The translations under genes and the position numbers were made by a program. DNA of 64,000 nt from the IMG/VR virus record IMGVR_UViG_3300027974_001530; one strand, 5' to 3'. Source of the DNA: a virus. Its lineage: Duplodnaviria; Caudoviricetes. Positions 44,401 through 55,000 of the stretch are shown here, piece after piece. Positions within the stretch are counted from its first letter, which is position 1. Every line of letters begins with the position of its first letter. The notes under the pieces were generated by a model, which saw only the letters and a list, made by a program, of their open reading frames with translations, did no database searches and was not told the origin of the DNA.

Positions 44401-45405
44401 TTATTTGTTAAAAACTACCTTCGTAACATTACAACAATTGCAATTAATTACTTGTAAATTTTTTAAAGTTAATGTCAAATCTTGACTACCATTATAACAT
44501 AAAGTTTTAACGTCAATATTTGGACTAATACTACTCATAATATATCCTATTAACGTGTCCCCACTTTCAATGGTTAAATTTTGCCATTCTTTTATTTTAA
44601 TTATTCTATAATTACTACCAATACATGGTCTTTGTAAGTTAGTAACTTGGGTGTTTTCACTAAAATTTGTGTATTCACTTATATCTCTATTATTAATATA
44701 GACTTGTTCGGTATAATTTTGTATAACAGAATTTACTTCTGGTCCATAATTTAAAACATTTTGATAAACAAGATCAAATTTTAATTTTATATTATTTGTT
44801 AATTCAGGATTACAAACAACACTAAATTCTCCATTAGTTTTATTATAATTTAATGTAACAAAATATTGTGTAGATTTATTTTTTGGTATTATAACTTCCT
44901 TAATTGTTTCCGATTCTTTACTATCAACAACTTTAACAACATATTTACCTTCACATAGATTTTCAATTATGTTTCCAAGTTGTTTTTTATCATTTAAAAA
45001 ATATTTAAAAGGTCCTATCCCACTAAAAGTATCAATGATTAAAGATCCGTCACATTTACAAGAACTGTTTTTTATGTTAACACTATAATCAACTATCACA
45101 TTATTAACGCAATCTCCTGTTGTAATTCTAATATTTTTTATTTGTTTAGGTGGTCTTGATCCCAAAATCTGCCATCCAGATAATGGAACATCATTTGTGG
45201 TATATGTGAAAATAAAAGTATTTTCAACCCCACTTAATACCCATTGGTTTGTATCTCCCGTATACCAAAATATGGTATATCCATTAGAATTAACCCAACT
45301 ATTTTTTCCATTAACTTCATTTGATGGTTCAAAAGCGTAAGTCTCAACTTTTCTAACGTTATTCTCCAATACTTCAGATAAAAGACATAATTCCATACTA
45401 TTCAT
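44401..45405 (-). CDS. Structural protein with an SprB-like repeat
   Basis: SCKCDGSL...GIGPFKY...NLCEGKYVVKVVDS. Confidence 0.7.
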   Translation of the reverse strand: MNSMELCLLSEVLENNVRKVETYAFEPSNEVNGKNSWVNSNGYTIFWYTGDTNQWVLSGVENTFIFTYTTNDVPLSGWQILGSRPPKQIKNIRITTGDCVNNVIVDYSVNIKNSSCKCDGSLIIDTFSGIGPFKYFLNDKKQLGNIIENLCEGKYVVKVVDSKESETIKEVIIPKNKSTQYFVTLNYNKTNGEFSVVCNPELTNNIKLKFDLVYQNVLNYGPEVNSVIQNYTEQVYINNRDISEYTNFSENTQVTNLQRPCIGSNYRIIKIKEWQNLTIESGDTLIGYIMSSISPNIDVKTLCYNGSQDLTLTLKNLQVINCNCCNVTKVVFNK

Positions 45406-45406
45406 A

Positions 45407-46462
45407 TTATACGCAATGACCTAAAGTAGATTCGTTTATTCCGTATATTACAGATGGATTATTAATCCAATTTTCGGTGATAGTACTATTAGGATAATCA
45501 GAAGAATTACTCAAATATGAATAATAAGACCCTGAAGGTCCTGCCGTTGGGTTAAATATTTGCCAAAACTCCCATCTATTATCAACATCATCCCAAAATA
45601 CGTATCCAATTAATGATGGTGGGAATGTTGAAGGATTATATACTCCATAGTAAAACTTATTATTATACGTTCCTGCAACATAAGCATTACTTGTAATTAT
45701 TATAGGTGTTGTCCCATTTTTAACCACAGTAAAACACATATCTGTTGGCGGATAACTACATAAACCATATGATGTTAACATATATGTAACTCTTTCACTA
45801 ACCCAATCAACTGTGTTATCAACAGGGAAACTATTTGTTGATGGTAAATACGCAAGTAGTAACCCTCCACCTAAAACTAAAGTCATTTCCCATCTATTTA
45901 ACGTTGAGTTCCACCAAACGTAAGCATTTCCTCCAACACCAACTAAAGTATAATAGTACTTACCATTATAAAGTCCTGTTGATGGTATTGTTGTATATAT
46001 TGGGCCCAAAAATTCATATTCAGTTGTAAAACAAATGATTGGTTCTGGAGTTGCCGATGGTGTTAGACTAGGTATCGGTGTTGCCGTTGGTGTTAAAGTA
46101 GGTGTAGGCGTAATGGTAGGTGTCGGTGTAGGTGTTGGTGTTCCTGTTGGTGTGGGCGTTGGTAATGCCGTAGCACTTAAAATACATGTTGTATTAACAA
46201 TAAAATCACCATAAGAATCTGTTATTGTAACAGGGTATTCTCCAACCCCTAAATTTGTAATTGCTGGAGCTATATTTCCGTTTTCCCAAGAAATTGTATA
46301 TGGTGGTGTTCCTCCCGTAACTCCAACCGCAATAGATCCATTAAAAGTTGTAACATTTGTTGGTTCTTTACTGAAGCATTTAGCCCCCATAGGAAATATT
46401 GTGAGAACGTCACATTCATTTCTTGGTTCAATACTTGGTTTTGGTCTATCAGGTGATGCCAC
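45407..46462 (-). CDS. Structural protein with an SprB repeat, a PT stalk and two NGK-YY/RWE modules (GTG start)
   Basis: NGSIAVGVTGGTPPYTISWENG...LGVGEYPVTITDS; TATTTAT at 46483-46477. Confidence 0.75.
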   Translation of the reverse strand: MASPDRPKPSIEPRNECDVLTIFPMGAKCFSKEPTNVTTFNGSIAVGVTGGTPPYTISWENGNIAPAITNLGVGEYPVTITDSYGDFIVNTTCILSATALPTPTPTGTPTPTPTPTITPTPTLTPTATPIPSLTPSATPEPIICFTTEYEFLGPIYTTIPSTGLYNGKYYYTLVGVGGNAYVWWNSTLNRWEMTLVLGGGLLLAYLPSTNSFPVDNTVDWVSERVTYMLTSYGLCSYPPTDMCFTVVKNGTTPIIITSNAYVAGTYNNKFYYGVYNPSTFPPSLIGYVFWDDVDNRWEFWQIFNPTAGPSGSYYSYLSNSSDYPNSTITENWINNPSVIYGINESTLGHCV

Positions 46463-46486
46463 TTTCTTTTTTATTTATAAATACAA

Positions 46487-47464
46487 TTATTTGTCGTTTT
46501 CAATGAAAGATTTCATAACTTCTATATATTTGATCGTTGAATTATTAACTTCAACATAATCAAAATGATTAGGGTTATTCCTTAATTTTTCAATTGGGTC
46601 TACATTTATATACTCGCCCTTGTAAAACTTAATTCTTTTAAGATTGTCAGTTACTCCGGCCATGTGTAGTATTGGTTTTTTTTCGTACACTTGTATTGGG
46701 TCTGTTGCCCAAGAAAAATCTAACTCTTTTGTTATTTTTGTGTCGTTACCGTTTAACCAAAGATTCCAAAGTAATGACCACATCTCTGCAGTCCAAAATT
46801 GGATCTCTCCTGGATTTATTGGGAATCTTTTTTGATAATCTAACATTTGGTTATACAAAGGAGTACAATCGGTATATATTTTTTTCCACAGATTATGATC
46901 TGTATTTTTGATTAGGTACTGTCCTCCTCCTGAATTTTCTTGATTACATTTAACACAATCAACACTAACTCCAATAACATCAACCATTTCTTGTAATAAT
47001 TGACCTTTTTCAGATGTTGGGTGGTTTTTTTCATATCTATTACAACAATCCATAATATAATTGTAACCTATGTAACCAATTGTGTCTGAAAGATATGTTA
47101 TATCATCATCTAATAATAAATTAAAATTAGGTAAATAATTAAATATAATATCGGCATCGTGTAGAAAAAATAACTTACCAAATTCAGGATATTCCTCTAA
47201 CCATTTAGAGATTAGGTAAGGTTTAACGCTTGGTATATACGTTTTTACGTCTCTATTATCCTCATAAAAATGAATGTTTATTCCAAAATCTTTTAATTTT
47301 AAGGCATCTTCAGTCGGGGTTTTAGCTCCGTGTACCATGGCAAAAATTACGTGAATTTGGTTTGGGTCAATTCCTTTTTCTATAAAATTGTGAACATAAA
47401 GTTTAATTTGCCAATGAAAATATGGAACATCGGGTTGTGCGGTTACAAATACAATATCTTTCAT
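46487..47464 (-). CDS. GT-A glycosyltransferase resembling peptidyl-Ser galactosyl / Hyp arabinosyltransferases (GT96/GT95-like)
   Basis: PYFHWQ, YIPSVKPYLISKWL, LHDADIIF (DxD), SGGGQYL, WTAEMWS and ILHMAG motifs. Confidence 0.75.
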   Translation of the reverse strand: MKDIVFVTAQPDVPYFHWQIKLYVHNFIEKGIDPNQIHVIFAMVHGAKTPTEDALKLKDFGINIHFYEDNRDVKTYIPSVKPYLISKWLEEYPEFGKLFFLHDADIIFNYLPNFNLLLDDDITYLSDTIGYIGYNYIMDCCNRYEKNHPTSEKGQLLQEMVDVIGVSVDCVKCNQENSGGGQYLIKNTDHNLWKKIYTDCTPLYNQMLDYQKRFPINPGEIQFWTAEMWSLLWNLWLNGNDTKITKELDFSWATDPIQVYEKKPILHMAGVTDNLKRIKFYKGEYINVDPIEKLRNNPNHFDYVEVNNSTIKYIEVMKSFIENDK

Positions 47465-47499
47465 ATTGAAAATATATTCGTAAAAGTAAAAAAGTGAAT

Positions 47500-49458
47500 T
47501 TAATAAATTTTGTTTAACGTGAATATCTCTGAATATATTGAGTTTCCTGCGTTATTAGTATTCCATTCAGCAGTGACAAGAAGTGTATTAGATATTGTAG
47601 TATCAAAAGTTGTGTTGTTTACAATACTGAAATTTACTCCTTCAAAGTCAAGTCCTCCATTTTTAGTGTATGAAAACAATCCCCCTGATGCTATAGAACC
47701 TACACTTGCAACTCCTAATTGTCTAATAGTGAAGTTCACATCTAGTTTCCAATGTTTATTAGTGGTGGCATTCATTGCCATTACCCCTGTTTCCGCTAAT
47801 AATACACCCGAATCCGTTTTAATTCTAATATGTAAAGTGGCAGAACCCACACAAGATAGATGCCCTATTAACACTCCATGAAAACCATCACCCACACTAA
47901 ACCCATTTGCGGGAATTATAATAGATCCTACTCCCCCACTTATTAATGTAGTCTCAACAGTTGTTGCACTTACTGCAACGCTGGTTCCTGTTTGAGAAAA
48001 TAAACCATATACCGTTGGTCCAGGAATTGTTTTAACTTTAACTTCACCCGTTGATCCGTCTCTTGTTAAATAATTTAGGGTTGTTCCCGTATCTGTTGTT
48101 GGTGTTGATGATATGTTTAATGTTGTTGCCGTAAGTCCACTTGATATAATAGTATTACCACTTACGTGTAGTTTTTTTGATGGTGTGGTTGTCCCAATAC
48201 CAACGTTACCTGTACTAGTGATATTTATTACACCAGATGATGGTGCAGACGTTCCAATACCACCTATTGACATAGTACCACCAGAAGGGGTATTAATCCA
48301 AAAAGATGTACCTAATCCATATTGTAATCTTAAACCGGTATTAGTATTACCTGACCCCCATATAAATTGATTACCATCTACTATGGACACTTTTTCACCG
48401 GGGTTTGTTATTCCAATACCAACACGACCAATTGAGTCAATTACAAATGGTGTTGAATCAGGGTTGGTGCTATCTTCTACTAAGAATGAGTTACCGGCAT
48501 TTAAATTATTTATGTGAAGTTTAGCAGTTGGTGATGTTATACCAATACCCACATCACCTGATGAAGAGATAACCATTCTAGGTGTACTGTTTGGTCTAAA
48601 TGATATACTATTACTTCCTAGAGTTCCTATAATAAACTCATTACCTGCGTTAAATAACTCATTATTATCTATACCAATACCGTTATTAATTGTACCAACT
48701 AATAATGTTGAACCTGATAAACTAGTACCACCAATTGTTGATGATCCACTAATAGCGATTTGTAATCGTTGAGTAGGGTTTGAATTACCAATACCCACAT
48801 TACCAGATGATGATATATACATTCTAGGGTTAAATTCAGTACCGAATATAAGTTTTCCACCAGAAACTTGATTAAAAACATTTAAATTAGTACTACCAGA
48901 TGTTTCATACCCAATAAAACCAAATCTACCGGCTGATATCCCTTGTGGGTAATATTCTTGATATACATGATCAATACCTTCATATCTAACAGAATTAGCG
49001 TTACCACTGATCTGTAGGGCAACTGCTGGTGTAGGTGTTCCAATACCAACACGACCAATTGAGTCAATTACAAATGGTGTTGAATCAGGGTTTGTATCAT
49101 CCTCTACTAAGAATGTATTACCTGATGTTGTGTTGTTTATATGAAGTTTTGCTGTTGGATTTGCAATCCCAACCCCTAATCTATTATTTGCTAAATCAAT
49201 GGTAACCGCACTTGTAGACCCAAAATAAACATTTCCTTCATCTAAAGGGTTTATGTTAAGAGGTGAACAAGAATGGATGTTAGAAACGTATAAATCGGTA
49301 ATACAATAACCTGTTATTGAGTCGAAAACTTGTGATATTTTAGCCTTATAGGAAGATCCCGCCGGGTTTCCTTGTGATGTGTCACCTGTTATAACAATAT
49401 GAATTAAATCATTTAATGTTACTCCTGTCGCTAAAGATCTGTCTGTTAAAAATGCCAT
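47500..49458 (-). CDS. Tail fibre-like protein
   Basis: Repeated G(N/R)VGIG...P..KLH units and a C-terminal beta domain; TATTTAT at 49479-49473. Confidence 0.8.
   Translation of the reverse strand: MAFLTDRSLATGVTLNDLIHIVITGDTSQGNPAGSSYKAKISQVFDSITGYCITDLYVSNIHSCSPLNINPLDEGNVYFGSTSAVTIDLANNRLGVGIANPTAKLHINNTTSGNTFLVEDDTNPDSTPFVIDSIGRVGIGTPTPAVALQISGNANSVRYEGIDHVYQEYYPQGISAGRFGFIGYETSGSTNLNVFNQVSGGKLIFGTEFNPRMYISSSGNVGIGNSNPTQRLQIAISGSSTIGGTSLSGSTLLVGTINNGIGIDNNELFNAGNEFIIGTLGSNSISFRPNSTPRMVISSSGDVGIGITSPTAKLHINNLNAGNSFLVEDSTNPDSTPFVIDSIGRVGIGITNPGEKVSIVDGNQFIWGSGNTNTGLRLQYGLGTSFWINTPSGGTMSIGGIGTSAPSSGVINITSTGNVGIGTTTPSKKLHVSGNTIISSGLTATTLNISSTPTTDTGTTLNYLTRDGSTGEVKVKTIPGPTVYGLFSQTGTSVAVSATTVETTLISGGVGSIIIPANGFSVGDGFHGVLIGHLSCVGSATLHIRIKTDSGVLLAETGVMAMNATTNKHWKLDVNFTIRQLGVASVGSIASGGLFSYTKNGGLDFEGVNFSIVNNTTFDTTISNTLLVTAEWNTNNAGNSIYSEIFTLNKIY
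48411..49092. repeat. 55-bp exact direct repeat within the tail fibre gene (48411-48465 and 49038-49092)
   Basis: ttccaataccaacacgaccaattgagtcaattacaaatggtgttgaatcagggtt occurs twice, 627 bp apart. Confidence 0.9.
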
Positions 49459-49481
49459 TTAAGTTTTTTTTAATAAATATT

Positions 49482-49790
49482 TTAAGTTTGGAAATCATAT
49501 TCCTCGTTATCCATAAAATAAAAGTCGTCTCCGTCTTGAAATTGTTTTATTGTAAGAGATTGTTGTGTACAATCAACTATTTTAAATATTTCACAACCTA
49601 ACGAGTCAATTAGTTTTATACCAACCGCAGGTGCGGTGTTAAATTGTGATGGTATTGTTAATACTATTGTTGGTGGTTGTGGTGGTAACACATTTGCAAC
49701 CAAAACACATTGATTACCATAGACATCACAAACAAACACATTATATGATGTGAAAATAAAACTTGTTGTTTGTATCTGTATCTGTGCCAT
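49482..49790 (-). CDS. Small Cys-containing structural protein (paralog of 39114-39329)
   Basis: YNVFVCDVYGNQC...GIKLIDSLGC. Confidence 0.75.
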   Translation of the reverse strand: MAQIQIQTTSFIFTSYNVFVCDVYGNQCVLVANVLPPQPPTIVLTIPSQFNTAPAVGIKLIDSLGCEIFKIVDCTQQSLTIKQFQDGDDFYFMDNEEYDFQT

Positions 49791-51982
49791 TATATAAAAT
49801 AAGTTGGGTCTATTATGTTTGGTACTCCTCCAATGTTTTCGTAAATTTTAAATAGGGTTGTTACGTACTGTGAGGGATATGTTGCGGTATCATATGTCCA
49901 TATTTCAAAGTCACCACTTAAACTTGTTATTCTAAATTGATAACAAACCATTGTCCAACTATATGTTCCAAGATTTTTAGTTGGTGTGTAGTTATAAAAA
50001 TAAAAATTAGATAGGTCACATGTTTCGGCACTTAAAGATGGTATTGTCGTTAGTGGTGATCCGGAATATGGGATTGTTTGAATAACATATTTTGGGATCT
50101 CCACAGAAGCGGTCACAGTAGTTGAGGAAAAAGTATTAGTAGATGAGTTTAGTAATCTAAAACGGTAAAACGGATTATCTACTTTTGATCCAGTATTGGT
50201 TATAATTGATATATTATTTGTTACTGCCGTTGAGGAATTGTTTATAAAATCACATATCCCATTTGTATAACCACTACAATTAATGTCACAACTTCCCCAC
50301 GTTAAAGAATTTGAGATTGTTGGCATTGTAATTGACATTGTCCAAGGACCGGTCCCTCCTGTTGTTACTACTGAAGATGGGTGAATGTAGTATTCTTGGA
50401 ATCCAGTTATATCCCCACATTGTTGTGTGCCTGAAGCTAATGGTATTCTAAGATTAAAAAATCTATAATAATCAATATCTAATGGGTTTGTTGGGTTTCC
50501 CGAATAAGAAGTATAAAAATTATCCCAACTAAAGTTATAATGTTCTAAATCAGAATATGTATTAAATGTCATGACAATTAAACCCTCACCAAGAACCACA
50601 GATTTATCATATGTAATTGTATTTGTATTTGGAACATCACAAGTCGGGGTAAATATATTAAAGAATGGGTTTCCACATGTAGTTATTGGGTTATAATATA
50701 AAATTGACGTGTTTAAATCATATGGTACTGTATCATAAATAAACCCATTTATACTTCCATTATATGACGTACCGTCAATAAATCCATTATCGGTATTTAG
50801 ATATCTAAAAATATTACTATCGTTACATCCCGAAATTTTAAATCCATAATAATACCCATCACATGGTTGTGAAATTTTATTTATGGTAGATTCGACAATT
50901 CTAATTGGGGGTATTAATGTATCGTAACACAATTCACAATCAAAAGTCTCTAAACACTCACACAGTAATCCCCAATTTGTGTTATTATTTAAAGGGTTAG
51001 GGGTTATTTCTATTTCTAAATAATCCCCACTATTTACAGTAATTCCTGTTAAACATAAAACTTTTGGGAAAAGCGTATATGTTGTTAGGTTTTTTATAGT
51101 TTTTGGGGTAACTAATGGACTAAAATTTGTTTCTGATTGGTTCATCCCCATACTAATATACTCCAAAACTATAGGGACAGAATAATTAGACCCAAAAAAA
51201 GTAATTTTTAAGTCATCATAAATTTGTTGTCCCTTAAATGAATAAGCAAAATATGGCTTTAATGGATCCAAAGCAAATGTTGTCACAACAGGTTGTGGTG
51301 TTATACTTGTGGTGGCACTAAAACTAAACCCGTGAGAATAATAAGGACTTGTTGATCCAGGTCCGTTATCACAAGTTAACGCATCTACATTAACTGTAGT
51401 AGAGTTAAAACAATTAAGGTCCGTATATTCCGTTCCATTTAATTTAATTTTTTGTATTACAGGAGTATAAACTCCGGCAACTATAGGAACTTCGCTTGAT
51501 CCTGTTAATGGGTGTGTATATAAATAATCACCAACATAATCCGTCCCATATCCTGACGTGAAAGCAACTGTTGTACTTACAATTCCAGGTCCGTACCATT
51601 CAATGACGTAATCAGTTACACTAGGATCACAACTTGCGGTAATTATTCCCACTGAAATTACTCCTATTGGGTTTGTATCATAAAAATCAAATCCAATATC
51701 ACAACTAACACATAATGGATTAATGGTTGTTGTTGATGTTGTCGATGTTGATGTCGTGGTCGTTCCTTGGAACGTTTGACAATATTCACAATTTGCTGCG
51801 TCTATAATTTTAACACCAAAAGATGAATATCCACTATATGGTCCTGGAATTGTTATTGTTGCGGGGACAGAACTAATTGTATCAACTAAAGTACAATCTA
51901 TATCAGGACAATCTCTACATACATACACATCAACAGGATATGTTACTTGTGATATATTTGTTATATTAACTTCTAAAGGCAT
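49790..51982 (-). CDS. Cys-rich structural/fibre protein
   Basis: N-terminal PVDVYVC...VKIIDAANC module and a Thr/Ser stalk. Confidence 0.75.
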   Translation of the reverse strand: MPLEVNITNISQVTYPVDVYVCRDCPDIDCTLVDTISSVPATITIPGPYSGYSSFGVKIIDAANCEYCQTFQGTTTTSTSTTSTTTINPLCVSCDIGFDFYDTNPIGVISVGIITASCDPSVTDYVIEWYGPGIVSTTVAFTSGYGTDYVGDYLYTHPLTGSSEVPIVAGVYTPVIQKIKLNGTEYTDLNCFNSTTVNVDALTCDNGPGSTSPYYSHGFSFSATTSITPQPVVTTFALDPLKPYFAYSFKGQQIYDDLKITFFGSNYSVPIVLEYISMGMNQSETNFSPLVTPKTIKNLTTYTLFPKVLCLTGITVNSGDYLEIEITPNPLNNNTNWGLLCECLETFDCELCYDTLIPPIRIVESTINKISQPCDGYYYGFKISGCNDSNIFRYLNTDNGFIDGTSYNGSINGFIYDTVPYDLNTSILYYNPITTCGNPFFNIFTPTCDVPNTNTITYDKSVVLGEGLIVMTFNTYSDLEHYNFSWDNFYTSYSGNPTNPLDIDYYRFFNLRIPLASGTQQCGDITGFQEYYIHPSSVVTTGGTGPWTMSITMPTISNSLTWGSCDINCSGYTNGICDFINNSSTAVTNNISIITNTGSKVDNPFYRFRLLNSSTNTFSSTTVTASVEIPKYVIQTIPYSGSPLTTIPSLSAETCDLSNFYFYNYTPTKNLGTYSWTMVCYQFRITSLSGDFEIWTYDTATYPSQYVTTLFKIYENIGGVPNIIDPTYFI

Positions 51983-52009
51983 ATATTATATATGTTTAAT
52001 TTTATTTTT

Positions 52010-55000
52010 TTAAGGTATAAAACTTATTGTTTCACACGATGATATTTGAGATGCCCCCCCAAACGGTATTGTTGCGGTTTGTAAATATGTTAAAGTATAT
52101 GGTGAATTTTCATCTATTTGATAGACTTCTCCCCCATTATTTAATATATGTATTTTACCTGAGTCAGTGAATAAACCGTATGGGTTTAGTATGGTTGGGG
52201 ATATTAATTGGTCAAATTCTAATGTTCCTGTTGAGTAGTCATACTGTGAAATATATCTGTCAAACCCAATTTGGGTTGTTAATATTAATTTATTACTTGT
52301 TGTATAAATAAAATCCCCTGAAATTGTTCTACCCGCAGGTATATTAAATTTATTTGTTACTATGGGACTAACACCACTTATATCAATTTCTACCACAGTT
52401 TGAGGGGTACTAAAATTTGTAACTCCTGTTGTTGTGATAAGAGTAGTATCATCAATTGCGGTTAATCCAGCACCAATAGTGCAGTTACTAATAACAATAT
52501 TTCTATTGTAAGACCCACTAAATGGACTTAAAATTATGTCATATTCTGTTATTGCACTTGTGGATGCATAACTTAACCACATTTTATTTGAGGTATGTGC
52601 AATATCTCCAGGTCCAGCATCTAAAGTTCCACTTATAAATGGTGTTAATAATATATTAGTATTTGTTAATGGATAATAAACATATATACTATTGTCCAAA
52701 TAAAAAGATGTCATTATATCACATGTCAATAAATTTGGTGGTGTAGGAGGTATAGGGGATGGGGTTGGTGTAACAGGAGGCCCACAAACATCGGCAACAC
52801 AAGTATATAGAGATAAACTATAACCACCTGTACCACTATCTAATGTAGGTACGGTACTTGCACAAACATATGTTGTTGCGCCTCTTCCAACCCCAACTCC
52901 CTGAGGAATAGGTTTACAATCGGTATAACTAAATGTTGACCCAGTTGATGCCGAACCACCACTTAACTCATAACAATCACAAGGAAAGGCCGGAGTTTGG
53001 GTTGGTGTTGGTGTTACTGTTGGTGTTGGTGTTGGATTTAAACAGTTACCCAAGGTTGAGTCTTCTATTACACATCCAAAGGCAATCATAAGATCAGTAA
53101 CCCATGGATACGTTACATTACTTTCTGGAAAATATGATGGATTATCATTATGTTGTAAAATTATTGTTGGTGCCGAAATGTTAACATGTTCCCATCTGTT
53201 TGTTATATCATTCCAATATACAATACTGTTACAACTTGTTGTACAGTCTGATTGATAAATTATATAGTATGGTTTACCGTTTATTATACCAACAGGATTT
53301 AAACTACAATCCCAAGAAGGTAATACCATTAAGTCAGTATTTACGGTAAAACACATAATTGTTGCGGGAGTTGCGGTTGGGGTTAACGTTGGTGTAGGTG
53401 TAACGGTTGGTGTTGGCGTTAATGTGGGCCCCACTAATGTCATATCTGCATTAAACCCTAAACATTCAGGTGCCTTACCACAATCTTTACAAGAAATTAA
53501 ATATTCAATTAGTAAATTGATTTTAACGTTTGTATCCCCTAAATCATTAAAATTTGTTAACTGACAATCCTTAATTTTCTCATTACAGTTATTTGTGATT
53601 GTTATCTTATTTTTTCCAAGATCAATTATAACATCACCAATTTCAGGATATTCTTGTATTGTGTCTTTAAGACTTTGTATCCATATTGTGTCCGCATATT
53701 GAGCAAAACTACCACCTGTATATGTATAAAATAAATCTTCTTTTATAACCCCATCGATTTCTACTTGGGTTCTGAATGTCGCATTTACAATATAACAACC
53801 AATATCTCCTGATGTTAGATCAAAAAACCCTTCATTCATCATTTGTAGTATTCCTCTCTTACCATATATTCCGGTATTAACAAAATCATCAGAACATACT
53901 GTATATGAAGCATAACTAGTTGTTAATTCAGTACCATTTAATATTATTGTATCACTTTTTAAACAACCTTCACTATCTGTCACTAATACAGAGTAATTTC
54001 CATTTGATAACCCCGTTAAATGTAGTCCTGTTTGAGCCCCAACATTTGAACTCCAAACAATTGTGAAAGGTGGTACTCCACTTGTTATATTTAAATAAAT
54101 TTCACCGTCATTACCAATAGTTGGTTGTACACCAACTAAAGTAAAATCAACAGGTTGGGAATCTGCAATATAGAAATTTTCAGTTTGTGTACAGGTAGGT
54201 GATCCCGAATCTGTTACTGTTGCAACATAAAACCCAGAACTTAAATTGTTAAATACATTTGTTAATTGGGTTGTTGTTGTAACGGGTGTTCCTCCTGATA
54301 AATTATATGATAACGGTAATGTTCCTCCTGAAGTAGCGGTTATTATTGCGGTACCATTATTTAAACCACATGTTGTATCTGAATAACTTACTGATATTTC
54401 ATATTTATTTACATTTACAACAGTAAAATGTCCAGTATATATACATCCCGAATTATTAGGGACATCTTGTATTAATATTGTATAACTTCCACTTTCTAAA
54501 CCAAAAAAATCACAAATTGAGTTTGTGGTAGTTACGGTAGAATTTCCGTTGAAGTCATATAAAGTGTATTGGTAGTTTCCCGGAGATAGTCCATTATTTA
54601 ATTCTATGTGAACAGATCCATCACTTGAATTACAATTAGAGTTTGTTACTGACATTGTCGTAACAATAAAACCATTTGGTGTTAATAACGAAACGGAACT
54701 TATCACATTACAAAGTCCTGCATCTGTTACTGACACTGTAAATACTCCCGAAGATAAACCTGTAAAAGTATAGATATTACTATACTGTATTGTTATTTCA
54801 CCGTTTGAACCTGAAAAATAATAAGGTGCGGTTCCTCCTGAAACAATAACCTCAACCTCTCCATCATTTGAAAAACAAGAGGGTTGTATTGTTGTTAACA
54901 TTGCGGCAACTCCCAAATCAGGAACATCAGATAGTACAACACTTTTAGTTATCGTACATCCTTCAAAGTCGGTTATTGTAAGTGTGTAGGTTCCCAAAGT

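Noticed and set aside
48411-49092. Tail-fibre repeat as a DGR template/variable pair
   Set aside because: The copies are identical with no A-specific mismatches, both lie mid-gene, and no reverse transcriptase is in the window.
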